DNA of 64,000 nt from a virus. Where the stretch lies: IMG/VR virus record IMGVR_UViG_3300024358_000010; one strand, 5' to 3'. The notes beneath the pieces are model-generated. The model was not told the origin of the DNA, did not search any database, and was given only the letters and a program-made list of their open reading frames with translations. Position numbers and translations under genes: made by a program. Positions 21,437 to 31,244 of this stretch are shown here, piece after piece (positions within the stretch are counted from its first letter, which is position 1; every line of letters starts with the position of its first letter).

Positions 21437-24406
21437 TTATTTAAATGGTACGCCGCGTTTTTTTTGATCTTTACTCTCTGGCATTACCGCTGGAAGCGTA
21501 CCTGGACTTCCAAGAGGAGTTACGGCCTTAACAAAGGCTTCTACCGCAGTTTTAAAGTCTCCCACGCTCTCGTCAAATATTCTAGTATCTAATTTGATAT
21601 TAGTAGCTGCGGTCGTGGCGCGAATGGCGGCTTCGTTGGCGTCGGCACCAGTAGCAGCTTGAGATGCTATATCAGCCATCTCCTGCATGCTGAATGGTGC
21701 TTGAGCTATTTGGCCTGCAACACTCGCTGCGCCTGCTCTTTGAGCTTTAGCAGCAGCACCCATTTCTCCGCCAGGGCGTTTTGGATCAAATCTGCCTGGT
21801 ACTTTGCCACCGTGGCGTGTCATCTCTATTCCAGGTATGCCGCCTGGAAATTGGCCTGAATAATATATTGCTTCTGTGCTTAATTGATCGTAACTTATCT
21901 TGCCCTCGCGGTAGTCAGAAAGCTCTTTAGCAACCTTAGGTGTCAACAATGCTGTGGAGTAATCCATAGCCTTGCCGTACAAAGCCGATTCAGCTGCGCC
22001 AACAGCTCCCGGTCCTTTATATCTAAGATCTTTTGTTAAGAATGTTGGAATCGCACCTGGCACAGCAGAAAGTGCTGCAATGACAGCTGGACTAACTTTT
22101 TCGCCAGCTTTCATACCTTCAAAATATTGACCTTTAAGAGAGGCGACGATTTCAGGCCTCATCTTTGCCATATCTATGGCTTCTAGCATGCCGATATTAG
22201 GATCGTTTGCTTTAATCCTGTTGAAATATTTTATTGTTTGAATGTCCTGACCAGCGCGCGCAGATAGTCCTTGAACTTTTTCAAATGCGCCTGAAACAAG
22301 TGCCTGTTTAAGCATCTCGTTCATCGGCGTTCCGCTTAGAGCATCCAACCCTCTCGTAAGGGAGCGCTGAGTTTCTAGTGCGGTAGAGACACCCATACCT
22401 GCCCCAGATCTAGATAGCATCTGAGTCATATTGAATAGGCCTTCTAAAGATTTAGCGTCATCGACGCCACGGCGAACTGCGTTTGCCAATATCTCTTCGA
22501 CTTCTTTTTGTCCGCCGCCGACGTTTGACATCTGGCCGACGCGCCGAATATAATCATCGGCGCTCATTATACGAGCTTCTTGAAGTTGGGCACCGCGAGA
22601 TACTATTCCCGCTCCTTGGTCTCTAGATCTGACAAACTGCGCACCAATCGTTCTTGCGCCCAAACCAAACAGTGCTGCAGTTTGTTCTGGCATAAGGCCA
22701 TAATCTGCTAGCTGAGGAGCAGCCTCTATAGCGCGGTTGTATACATCACCCGCTCTGCTGCCAGCTCCCATCATCGATCCGTATGCAGACATTCTAAAGT
22801 CATAAAGCGCTTTGTTTGCCGCATCAAGAGTCGCATAAGACGCGTCTTCGACTCTTCGCTGCAAACCCGTGGCTTGAAGCGATGTAGATGCCTCTGTGAT
22901 GCCTTTTCCAAGTTCAATCGCACCCTGCCCAGCACTAAGAACATTGCTTGCCGCGGATCCGGCTAGATTTCCGGCAATCATCTTGCCAATAGAGCCGCCT
23001 CTAGCGGCTAAAAAACCAGCAACACCCGCTTGACCAATGCCTACTGCGCCTTTTACACCAGCATCTACAGCTGTTCCGATTACAGCTCTTTTCCCGTATG
23101 CCTGACCGGTTTCAATAGATCTTATATTCAGCTGCGTGTATAGACGACGCATAGCAGCAGTATCGCCGCGTGCTGCGCCGATTTGATCGAAGTAATCTTG
23201 GTTGGTCATTTCAGCAGCCTGGGCTCTAAGAGCTAGCTGCTGCATATCCGCGCCAACAAATCCATACTGCGCCAAACCTACAGCGGCACTAATGCTAGGA
23301 CCGATAGATGAAGCGCCAGATATGAATTTGCCAAATCTACCGCCACCACCACCTGCGTCCTCTATCTCTCTGAATATCTTGTTCTGCTTGTCGTACGCTT
23401 CGCTTGTTTTTTCAAACTCTTTTCTAGTTGATGCCGTTACTTTTCCAGTTTTTTCTAGTTCTTCGCGCATCTTGCCTAAACTAGATACAAATGCGTCTTC
23501 GGCAAGTTTAAGTCTCTGCGCGACTTCTTTAGAAGAACCATATTGACCTGAAGCGACACCTGCGCGTATCTCTTCCATGCCGCGGCGTTCGCCTATGTAG
23601 TCTGCGATTCTTTCGCCACGACCAATGAGATTTTCTGCAACTTGCCTATTTTTGACCAGCTTTCTCTGCGCTTCCTCAAGAGCCAGCTCTTTAAACCTTT
23701 TATCCTGATACTCTTTATCTAATCTAAAGAATCTTTCTCTACCCTCGGGTGTCTGAATGTTTCCAGGGGTAGCAGCAGCAGCAAGCTCAATTCCTAATCT
23801 TTCCCTCGACCTAGAAGCCCGCTCAATTCCTTTAGGTAAGTTAGAAGGAAGACTGATCTCTGCGTATTTTTCTACTGTTGCGGCAAAAGCGGGATCGGAC
23901 ATCATCCCCCTTATGCCTACTCTAGGATGAGCTATTTGCGCTATAACATGCTGCTCAAATTGTCGACCTGCGACCGATCTTGATGATGCGCGCTTTTCTT
24001 CGTACTGCGCAGCTAAAGCATTGGCAGTTTTTTTAATTTGATCTTCATATTGAAGAAGTTGGCGATCAATTACTCTACCAACCGAAGCTGGCGTCATTGG
24101 CAAACTAGTCGCCTGCGTCCTAGCTGCTTTTGCCTCCATGCCCGCGCTGATAAGCCATTTCTCTAGACCCTCTACGGCGGGAGATTGCTTAGCCAGTGCT
24201 GAGCTTCTAACAACTCGATCATACTGCTGTTCAAGATCACTTATGGCTTTCTTAATTTTTTGCATCTCGACAGTTTCGAGATTGCCGCGCTGTTCAGAGA
24301 GCGCTAAATCACGAGATAGACCGCTCTTAGTCTGCCGAGCACCAATGCGGTCTAATGAGTTAGGCTTTTTATTCATTAATGGATCGTCGTTATTATCCTT
24401 AGCCAT
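21437..24406 (-). CDS. Tape measure protein (~989 aa)
   Basis: Long helical Ala/Gly-rich ORF after the tube and chaperone genes. Start taken at ATG 24406; the track uses 24412. Confidence 0.8.
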   Translation of the reverse strand: MAKDNNDDPLMNKKPNSLDRIGARQTKSGLSRDLALSEQRGNLETVEMQKIKKAISDLEQQYDRVVRSSALAKQSPAVEGLEKWLISAGMEAKAARTQATSLPMTPASVGRVIDRQLLQYEDQIKKTANALAAQYEEKRASSRSVAGRQFEQHVIAQIAHPRVGIRGMMSDPAFAATVEKYAEISLPSNLPKGIERASRSRERLGIELAAAATPGNIQTPEGRERFFRLDKEYQDKRFKELALEEAQRKLVKNRQVAENLIGRGERIADYIGERRGMEEIRAGVASGQYGSSKEVAQRLKLAEDAFVSSLGKMREELEKTGKVTASTRKEFEKTSEAYDKQNKIFREIEDAGGGGGRFGKFISGASSIGPSISAAVGLAQYGFVGADMQQLALRAQAAEMTNQDYFDQIGAARGDTAAMRRLYTQLNIRSIETGQAYGKRAVIGTAVDAGVKGAVGIGQAGVAGFLAARGGSIGKMIAGNLAGSAASNVLSAGQGAIELGKGITEASTSLQATGLQRRVEDASYATLDAANKALYDFRMSAYGSMMGAGSRAGDVYNRAIEAAPQLADYGLMPEQTAALFGLGARTIGAQFVRSRDQGAGIVSRGAQLQEARIMSADDYIRRVGQMSNVGGGQKEVEEILANAVRRGVDDAKSLEGLFNMTQMLSRSGAGMGVSTALETQRSLTRGLDALSGTPMNEMLKQALVSGAFEKVQGLSARAGQDIQTIKYFNRIKANDPNIGMLEAIDMAKMRPEIVASLKGQYFEGMKAGEKVSPAVIAALSAVPGAIPTFLTKDLRYKGPGAVGAAESALYGKAMDYSTALLTPKVAKELSDYREGKISYDQLSTEAIYYSGQFPGGIPGIEMTRHGGKVPGRFDPKRPGGEMGAAAKAQRAGAASVAGQIAQAPFSMQEMADIASQAATGADANEAAIRATTAATNIKLDTRIFDESVGDFKTAVEAFVKAVTPLGSPGTLPAVMPESKDQKKRGVPFK

Positions 24407-24860
24407 CCTCAAAATCCTCGCTTATATCTTCGCCAAAATCGTCGCCGTATACTTCTTTGGCCTGCCTAAGCTGCTCTTCCATCCACGCTTTATCTTGTTC
24501 GTTAGGCTGCCATTGGGCTGATTGAGATTTTGCAGCGATCTCTGCTTCTCTCTTCTCCTCTGCTTCTGCCCAAGCTAAAGCGGCGTCTTCTTTAGCTTTA
24601 TCTATATTATCAGCTTCTTGCTCAATTTTTTCTTTAGCAGCCTTCTCGCGCTCGATATGCTCCCTGTATTCATAGTAGAGCTCCTCCAGCGTATACTGTG
24701 CAAGCATCGGATCCTTAAGGGGTCTAGAATATGTCTTGCACCACCAAAATGACAAAAAGCGTAGTTGAGAGACTTCAGAGTTAAGTTCTTCTCTGGTGAC
24801 TCTCTCTACGATAGCATCGATAGCATCAAAAGCCGACGTATAGTCGGCCTCTATTTTCCC
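24399..24860 (-). CDS. Tail assembly chaperone, C-terminal frameshift extension (lambda gpT-like)
   Basis: The -1 frame is open from the GGGAAAA site (GKIEADYTSAFDAIDAIVERVTREELNSEVSQLRFLSFWWCK...) into the 24399-24755 ORF, which has only a TTG start. Confidence 0.8.
   Translation of the reverse strand, partial: GKIEADYTSAFDAIDAIVERVTREELNSEVSQLRFLSFWWCKTYSRPLKDPMLAQYTLEELYYEYREHIEREKAAKEKIEQEADNIDKAKEDAALAWAEAEEKREAEIAAKSQSAQWQPNEQDKAWMEEQLRQAKEVYGDDFGEDISEDFEDG
24831..24860 (-). promoter_or_regulatory. Programmed -1 frameshift signal: G GGA AAA slippery heptamer plus downstream hairpin
   Basis: Minus strand reads CTG GGA AAA TAG AG-GCCGAC-TATAC-GTCGGC; same arrangement as lambda G/GT. Confidence 0.8.
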
Positions 24861-25228
24861 AGTTCCCTCTGGGAGGCTTTAGCTTTTTCTTCTAATTCTT
24901 TTCGCCAGTTTAAGGACTCTTCTTCGACCTTGTCGAACAAGGTTACCAGCGCATCTTCGTCTTCGATGCTGATTCCGCGACCCTGCGTCCACCAGTTAGG
25001 ACCGTCAACGATCTTAGTTCGCAGGGTGCTTAGCGCGATAGCCATGCCCATTAGCCCGTTGGTGGGGTTGGCCATGTCCGATATTAAGCGGCTTTTTTCA
25101 AGTTCGAGCTGGTACTTCTCTGCCACATTTAGTTTGCACTTTATAGTAAAAGTGCCCTCGTATGTGGTGCCGCTATCTTGACTAACGTATGAAAATGAAA
25201 AGGTTCTTTCTTTCTTTGGAAGATCCAT
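24851..25228 (-). CDS. Tail assembly chaperone (gpG-like)
   Basis: 125 aa between tube and tape measure genes, ending at the slippery site; GGAG RBS. Confidence 0.75.
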   Translation of the reverse strand: MDLPKKERTFSFSYVSQDSGTTYEGTFTIKCKLNVAEKYQLELEKSRLISDMANPTNGLMGMAIALSTLRTKIVDGPNWWTQGRGISIEDEDALVTLFDKVEEESLNWRKELEEKAKASQRELGK

Positions 25229-25269
25229 AAAGTCTCCTATTCAGACTTTATATTTATACAGCGTATTTA

Positions 25270-25863
25270 TTAAAAACCCATTTTTTTCTTAGCGGCATCC
25301 CAGGCGCTTTTTTGTCCGGGCGAAGATTGCAACTGATCATCGGGGATTGGGCTAGGCGGATTCTCTGCTCTCCACCCAACAGCGGTCCAGGTAAGAACTA
25401 CCGTAGACAATCTTTCAGCTGACACGTCGCCTTGTTGGCCTGTGACCATGGCCTTATTGGTTTGAAACAGAATATTGTCCGTTGCTGCATCTCTAACGTC
25501 GATAGTTATATATTTACCTGTAAGAAATGTAGCAATATCAGTTTGCATCTTTCTAGCCACAGGAGAGTCGCCGGGTAATTGAAAAAGACCCAAAGTACCA
25601 GATACTGAGATCCTTTTGGGTGCGACCTCCCAAGGAAGCGGATCATCGATGGTGTAGATCTCTGTCGCCTCTGTTCTTGCGCTCCACGTGATCTGAAACG
25701 CAAAGCCAATTATATTTCCGTTGACTTTAAGTACGGCTCGTGCACCTGTCATGTACTTTGCCTGAGGTCGCAAAGTGAATACAGTGCCTAATTGACCAGC
25801 AATGTTTTTGCCGACCTGTGTATCGGTTAGGCCGTCGTTTCTGCCAAAACCTCTGCGTGCCAT
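25270..25863 (-). CDS. Tail tube-like protein 3
   Basis: MTGARAVLKVNG..IGFA...ISVSGTL; paralogue of the two upstream genes. Confidence 0.7.
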   Translation of the reverse strand: MARRGFGRNDGLTDTQVGKNIAGQLGTVFTLRPQAKYMTGARAVLKVNGNIIGFAFQITWSARTEATEIYTIDDPLPWEVAPKRISVSGTLGLFQLPGDSPVARKMQTDIATFLTGKYITIDVRDAATDNILFQTNKAMVTGQQGDVSAERLSTVVLTWTAVGWRAENPPSPIPDDQLQSSPGQKSAWDAAKKKMGF

Positions 25864-25871
25864 AACCTACC

Positions 25872-26465
25872 TCACGTACTGATGCTTGAAGCGTCGGCCA
25901 AGAAACTATCTTCATCTAGAAACTGAGCGATAAACTGGAATGTTTGCGTCATATTGGATCGCTTGCTAATACTTGAATTCATAGATGTAATTCTAGCATT
26001 TCTCATTCTAGCGACACCAAGCGAATCACCATTTGGCATTTTTTGATATATTTCAATATCAAACGTCACGCCGTCCTGAAAGCTTGCTGGATTTAGAGAG
26101 CGATCTGCTCGCCCATCTACACCGTTACCTAGGCCGCTGAGCAAAATGCCCCCAGCCCTATTGTCGCGTAGCGTAGTCCAACCACCAACGCCATTGCCTA
26201 AATTTGACACGTTGTTAGGGATACCAAGACCTAAATTTTCTAGTCTACTTTTTAAATCGTCTACGTATCTAACAACCGTAAAAGATCCACTCACATCATA
26301 ACTAAGCGGCTCAAAAGAATTAGTTTCATAACTACCAAGACTTCTCGCCCTGGCATGCGGTATGGACACGTTGTAACTAAGATCAGTGGCGTAGGCCAAT
26401 GTCACGCCATTTATTTTGAGCTTGCAATTAGCTCCAGTAACAAAGAATGGTGCGACATTGGCCAT
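25872..26465 (-). CDS. Tail tube-like protein 2
   Basis: VTGANCKLKINGVTLAYATDLSY...YDVSGSFTVVRY; close paralogue of tube 1. Confidence 0.75.
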   Translation of the reverse strand: MANVAPFFVTGANCKLKINGVTLAYATDLSYNVSIPHARARSLGSYETNSFEPLSYDVSGSFTVVRYVDDLKSRLENLGLGIPNNVSNLGNGVGGWTTLRDNRAGGILLSGLGNGVDGRADRSLNPASFQDGVTFDIEIYQKMPNGDSLGVARMRNARITSMNSSISKRSNMTQTFQFIAQFLDEDSFLADASSIST

Positions 26466-26483
26466 GATAAACCATCAAATTAA

Positions 26484-27023
26484 TTAGGTAAGATCTGTAA
26501 TTGTGTTAGATGGACTTGCAGCGCCTGCAAACGACTCATCGCTGTATAGGATACCTACGAAGTCGTAGGACTCAGTCATAATTCCGCGCTTGTTGAGACC
26601 CGAAGATAATCGGGTAAGACGGCAATCGCTAATTTTTACTATCGAATCTACGCTTGACGCGGCGCCATCGGTACCGACTTGTGCTGATTTTTGAAAAATT
26701 TCAAGATCAACGGTAGATGTGCTGAGCATTTTTCCTGGATTGAACGCGTCAGTTTGACCGCCACCAAACCTACCTACTCCGTTTCCATCTTTAGCAGAGG
26801 CTGGTAAACCCGCATTTCCCTTTGCTGTATATCGAACGATCGTAAAAGATCCGCGCACGTTTACTGCTATTGGTTCGTTGGTGATAACCTCATAACTACC
26901 CATCACCTCAACAGGAACCACGGACACATCTACTGAATAAGATACGTCGGTAGCATACGCGAGCGTTTTTCCACCAAACTTCAATTTTGCATTACTACCT
27001 GTGACTAAACCTGGTTTCGCCAT
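26484..27023 (-). CDS. Tail tube protein 1 (probably the major tube)
   Basis: VTGSNAKLKFGGKTLAYATDVSY...VRGSFTIVRY; first gene after the sheath; GGAG RBS. Confidence 0.8.
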   Translation of the reverse strand: MAKPGLVTGSNAKLKFGGKTLAYATDVSYSVDVSVVPVEVMGSYEVITNEPIAVNVRGSFTIVRYTAKGNAGLPASAKDGNGVGRFGGGQTDAFNPGKMLSTSTVDLEIFQKSAQVGTDGAASSVDSIVKISDCRLTRLSSGLNKRGIMTESYDFVGILYSDESFAGAASPSNTITDLT

Positions 27024-27146
27024 GTTACATCTCCTGGGACCCTAGAGCCCAAATACGTTAGGGTTGCAGTGCACTATGCGACCGCACCATCTAAATATAC
27101 TATCACATCTGAGACTAGTGTTTAGCACAAGTATCTACATAGAGAA

Positions 27147-27177
27147 ATCCCCACTAGATTTGAAATCTAGTGGGGAT
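27147..27177 (-). terminator. Intrinsic terminator after the sheath gene
   Basis: 14-bp perfect inverted repeat ATCCCCACTAGATT-tga-AATCTAGTGGGGAT about 20 nt past the stop. Confidence 0.75.
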
Positions 27178-27196
27178 ATTTAACTAGCTAAAATAA

Positions 27197-29371
27197 TTAG
27201 GCAGTTTGGCTAGCGCGTTGCAGGGTGATATCGTTCAGTACGAAGTCAATACCTTCAACAAGCTTAATTGTCACAGAGATGTAGATCGTGTTACCCTCGA
27301 TCCTGACGCTTAGGTTTTTAAAGCCCTGCGGAGCATCAGCGGTACTCACCGTCACGCCTTGCGCAAGGAACGTAGCGAGCACGGACTCAGCAGTTCCTTT
27401 AACCTCGTTAGCGATAAGCGTGTTTTTAACGCCGATGTAACGAAGTTCCATTGTGTTGCGGAAGTTGTACGCAACAATATCAGCGGCGTATAGCACGTTA
27501 GCGCGGTTGTACACCCAGTTGTCGTCGATGCCGTAGGTCGTATTGTCGACTACTACTCGGAAACCACCAGTTCTCGGTGCTTCCAGGAAGGTGACGCCGG
27601 ACTGAATAGCGTCATCGTACTGCGTATCTGGATCGAAGTCAACCACGATGTCTGCTTCTGGCGTGTTCATGGATTGAGCAGTCTGGCGGATACCAGAGCA
27701 GTTCATAAACTTAAAAGTAAGCGGGAGACCGATTGGTGCGCCGCCGCGAGCGCCAGCCATCAAGCAGGATAGTGCCCAGGGCTGGAACCACTTGATAACG
27801 CCTTGAGTGTTAGTCTGGCGGATATCTTGGATAACCATTTGGACTCGAGCATCTGCCATGTTGCCGATCTTATCTTTACAGTCGCTGTAAGAAGCCTTGA
27901 CAGACAAATATCCTTGGCGCTCACTCTTCTTCTTGGTGGTTTTCATCAAGCTCAGGTGGGTCTTAACCGCTTGATGAATGCCGTCGATAGTGTACGTGGA
28001 ACCAGCATCAGTTAGACCATCAGCGATATCGGCGGTTGCGTTTCGTGAGAAAAGCGGCACGACAGAGTTGACGTGGAACTTCTCAAACTTAGATAGCGCG
28101 TTGACGACGTCGGTGGTTAAAGTTGCACCCTTAGAACCGCCGGCTAAGAGCGTCTCCGTTAGAGCTGCTGGCAAACCTTTTGAAGCTGCGTTTACCAGTT
28201 CTGCGACGTTGGATTGCTCAAACAGATCTTGAACCTCCATGGCGTCTTTTTTAAGACGTGCCGGTTTTCCACCAGTAGAGCTAAACGCGCCAACAGCTGA
28301 CACCTGATCAAGAGCATCAAGGCCTAATTGGTTGTAAACTGGACTAGTTACGCTTGCACTCCACCCAGGATACAGAGAGATAGATTCTGCTAATTGCTTA
28401 ATAGTTACGAAGGCAGCTTTATCAAACGTGTTGGATCCTGTTGAGTCAGTTAGAACAACTTGAGTTGCGGTAACAGCAACCGACGCGGAACTTGCACCAC
28501 CAGTTGAGTCGCGACCGATCTCAAGGATCACATGACCGCCAACGGTATCTTCTTCAGCGATAAGGTCGCGTTTTTGGTTGATCGTGATGGTGCAGCTAGG
28601 CTCGGATGAAGCCGAATAAAGACCAGCAGTCAAACCAAGCTTAGCGAGATCGCCAGGGGTTGAATCTACTAGTTCAAAAGAACGCCCCCATCCTTCTTGA
28701 TACTGCGAAGGTGCAGCATCCATCTGGAGTTTAACTGCCGAGCCGGCAGCAGAAGCAGTTACGCCAGCAGGTAAAATGGTATTTAGCTCATCCACTAGAT
28801 CGCCAAGAGTGCCATGATCAAGTGCAGTGGAGCTTAAAGTTATTACTGCAGCAGCGCCGCCATTCGTTCTGATTGAGAACGAAGCGTCGTCGAGCGCCAC
28901 GCCAAATGCAGCAGGTGCAATACCAGTTTTAGCCGGCGCAGTCTCAGCGGCAGCCAAAACTTTCAAAGAAACCTGATTGCCACCGACGCCCCACTCTCTT
29001 GCGCGGGCGGTGCCGTACGAGCCAGCTAGAGCTAAACTAGCACGCGAGGACGCGTTGGTTTTATAAACCCAAACTGTCTGGGCGCCATTTGCAATCGCGC
29101 CGTCAGATGCAGGAGCAAACAAAAAGTTAAGAGCATCCACGATTGGGCCAGACCGATATTTGTTGCGGGCTTCAATAAGGCGATCTGCCGTAAAGAAGTT
29201 GTCTGCGATATTGGTTTCAGCAGAGCCTGGAGCGCCAGCATCCGCTTCGCCAAAGATTGCAACCAGACCAGCAGGCCCAAGCGGCACGTTACCAGAAAGA
29301 TCGATAGTTGTTTTTGAGTACGCGCCGGGCTTGTAGATCGTAGCACCGTTGAATGATACGCTGATTGCCAT
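27197..29371 (-). CDS. Tail sheath protein
   Basis: N-terminal FNGATIYKPGAYS, GEADAG, WGVGGNQVS and C-terminal VVVDNTTY..; 724 aa, upstream of the tube genes. Confidence 0.9.
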   Translation of the reverse strand: MAISVSFNGATIYKPGAYSKTTIDLSGNVPLGPAGLVAIFGEADAGAPGSAETNIADNFFTADRLIEARNKYRSGPIVDALNFLFAPASDGAIANGAQTVWVYKTNASSRASLALAGSYGTARAREWGVGGNQVSLKVLAAAETAPAKTGIAPAAFGVALDDASFSIRTNGGAAAVITLSSTALDHGTLGDLVDELNTILPAGVTASAAGSAVKLQMDAAPSQYQEGWGRSFELVDSTPGDLAKLGLTAGLYSASSEPSCTITINQKRDLIAEEDTVGGHVILEIGRDSTGGASSASVAVTATQVVLTDSTGSNTFDKAAFVTIKQLAESISLYPGWSASVTSPVYNQLGLDALDQVSAVGAFSSTGGKPARLKKDAMEVQDLFEQSNVAELVNAASKGLPAALTETLLAGGSKGATLTTDVVNALSKFEKFHVNSVVPLFSRNATADIADGLTDAGSTYTIDGIHQAVKTHLSLMKTTKKKSERQGYLSVKASYSDCKDKIGNMADARVQMVIQDIRQTNTQGVIKWFQPWALSCLMAGARGGAPIGLPLTFKFMNCSGIRQTAQSMNTPEADIVVDFDPDTQYDDAIQSGVTFLEAPRTGGFRVVVDNTTYGIDDNWVYNRANVLYAADIVAYNFRNTMELRYIGVKNTLIANEVKGTAESVLATFLAQGVTVSTADAPQGFKNLSVRIEGNTIYISVTIKLVEGIDFVLNDITLQRASQTA

Positions 29372-29602
29372 GTGTTAGTCCTTCCTATATTATTGCTAGC
29401 TCTTTTAAGTCATTCTTTGCAAAGACTTTGGGTATCCGGACACTCCGCGCAGAACATATCCCATTTTACCTTAGCATTGGGCCTTAAATTGTCTTTATAT
29501 CAAAGACAACCCCAACTCTGGCAATAAATCTGATATATCTTATACGCGTTAATTTAAGAGTACGCATATAAGATATGTCTAGAGCTAACTAATTTAGTTA
29601 TA

Positions 29603-29881
29603 TTAAATACTTAGACCAAACTGCTTAGCTGCCCAATTCCATTTTTCTACTGTCTGCTGACCTTCCAGGCCTCTACCTTTGGCGTCAGCTTTTAAAATTT
29701 CTTTCATAGATGGATGTAGTTTGGCGTTGGCAAACGTATTGAGCCACCATTCATCAAAAGATACTATCGGCGAAGCCTCGGGGGCGGCCTTTGGCGCCTC
29801 TGACCGCATAGACTTTTCGTACTCTTTGATTGATTTCATATCGACTTTTTGTTTATTTTTACTAGACATATAAAACCTCAT
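29603..29881 (-). CDS. Hypothetical protein (tail module)
   Basis: Overlaps the upstream stop; start may be the internal MSSKNK. Confidence 0.55.
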   Translation of the reverse strand: MRFYMSSKNKQKVDMKSIKEYEKSMRSEAPKAAPEASPIVSFDEWWLNTFANAKLHPSMKEILKADAKGRGLEGQQTVEKWNWAAKQFGLSI

Positions 29882-30552
29882 ACTCTTTCTAAGATGAAAC
29901 CGTCTTCTGGGTTTTCGGGCAAATCTTCTGATATTACACTTGGCAACACTTCTATGTCCATATCAGTGGCTTCGGTAAATGCGTCAGCATCCCACGTATT
30001 AAACACAGTACACCGCATCCTTAGCCAGCGCGTCCAGATGTTTTCTGGCATCTTTGACGCGTCTTTTTGCCAATCTGAAGCGCTATAGGTCTGAATCTCT
30101 ATGCCAAGACTTCTAGCAATAGGCTTGTATTTAAACAGCACATACGAGAGTATGTAGTACATCCAAAGAACTTGATCTGCTGCCTTGCTGCCGTGGATGC
30201 CGATGTCTACTAAGACATTCATAGACGCTATCCCAACCTCAGCATCCTCCCCGTCTCCGTAGTAGTCACTTATGGCGGCCTTCGATTCGTCCTCATTCTC
30301 GTTCGAGAGATGGATACTAAAACAAGGAACTGTTTGCGGACTAAGAATCCATGCCTGAACCACGCGAATTCTTTCGGTTGTAAACCATGTCCAAATTTTG
30401 TCTACGTAGTTTTCGCCATATGATTCTGTGAGCAAAGGATGAGATCTCTGGTATGAGAATATCTCATCAAATGCAGCTTTATCCTGGCGGAGCTGATAGA
30501 TACCGTACTGCACAAGTCGCTGAACCGCAACCTCTGGCATTACCCACGCCAT
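29878..30552 (-). CDS. Neck / tail terminator-like protein
   Basis: VPCFSIHLSNENE motif; position upstream of the sheath. Confidence 0.55.
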   Translation of the reverse strand: MAWVMPEVAVQRLVQYGIYQLRQDKAAFDEIFSYQRSHPLLTESYGENYVDKIWTWFTTERIRVVQAWILSPQTVPCFSIHLSNENEDESKAAISDYYGDGEDAEVGIASMNVLVDIGIHGSKAADQVLWMYYILSYVLFKYKPIARSLGIEIQTYSASDWQKDASKMPENIWTRWLRMRCTVFNTWDADAFTEATDMDIEVLPSVISEDLPENPEDGFILERV

Positions 30553-31244
30553 TTTTTAGCCTCCGCTTGATATTTGTTTATAACTTCGTCGCAGGCCTTA
30601 TCGATTTCAGATCGTATAGTAGAATTAAGTGTCATAAGCGTGCCAGTCATATCAAGATCTTTCGCTGGCAAAACCCACTGTCTAGACGAATCTTGCTTAC
30701 TAGACGCTGTACGAAATTCAGGCTTTTCAGCAGAAACAGGCCTCTGCCTTTCGGTTATACTAGCAGATGCTCCAAGTCCAAAAGCAGACGCCATTGTTTC
30801 TGCCATGGCTGACGCAGGAGCAGTTTCTGATGCCATTGCATTCAGGCCTGATGCTATATCTCTAGCTTGCGGCGTTGGTTTGGGTTTCGAACTGACGCCG
30901 CCGACCGGTATTATTTTATAGCGACTACCGTCTTTGGACGTTTTTGCATTGTTCAACAACCAGGGGAGCATTGGAAACGGTGGCTGACTGAAATCAGTCT
31001 GACCAGAATCAGTTGATATTTGTATGTACCCAGAGCTGGCATCGAGTTTAATTTGCGCCAGGAACTCTTCTGCACCGATGGACGACCCGTAATCCTCGGC
31101 TTCATATACGGCTTTTTCAACTATCGAGTGAATCGACTGCCTGATCTCTTCAGAAGCGCTCTCTATCGCAGAATCTACTTCTTCTGGCGGCATATCAGAA
31201 GATGTTAGATAGTATCTAAGACTGTCAAGTCGTCTTGAGATCAT
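30540..31244 (-). CDS. Neck / tail completion-like protein
   Basis: AKTSKDGSRYKIIP...FRTASSK..WVLP; position in the head-tail joining block. Confidence 0.5.
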   Translation of the reverse strand: MISRRLDSLRYYLTSSDMPPEEVDSAIESASEEIRQSIHSIVEKAVYEAEDYGSSIGAEEFLAQIKLDASSGYIQISTDSGQTDFSQPPFPMLPWLLNNAKTSKDGSRYKIIPVGGVSSKPKPTPQARDIASGLNAMASETAPASAMAETMASAFGLGASASITERQRPVSAEKPEFRTASSKQDSSRQWVLPAKDLDMTGTLMTLNSTIRSEIDKACDEVINKYQAEAKKWRG

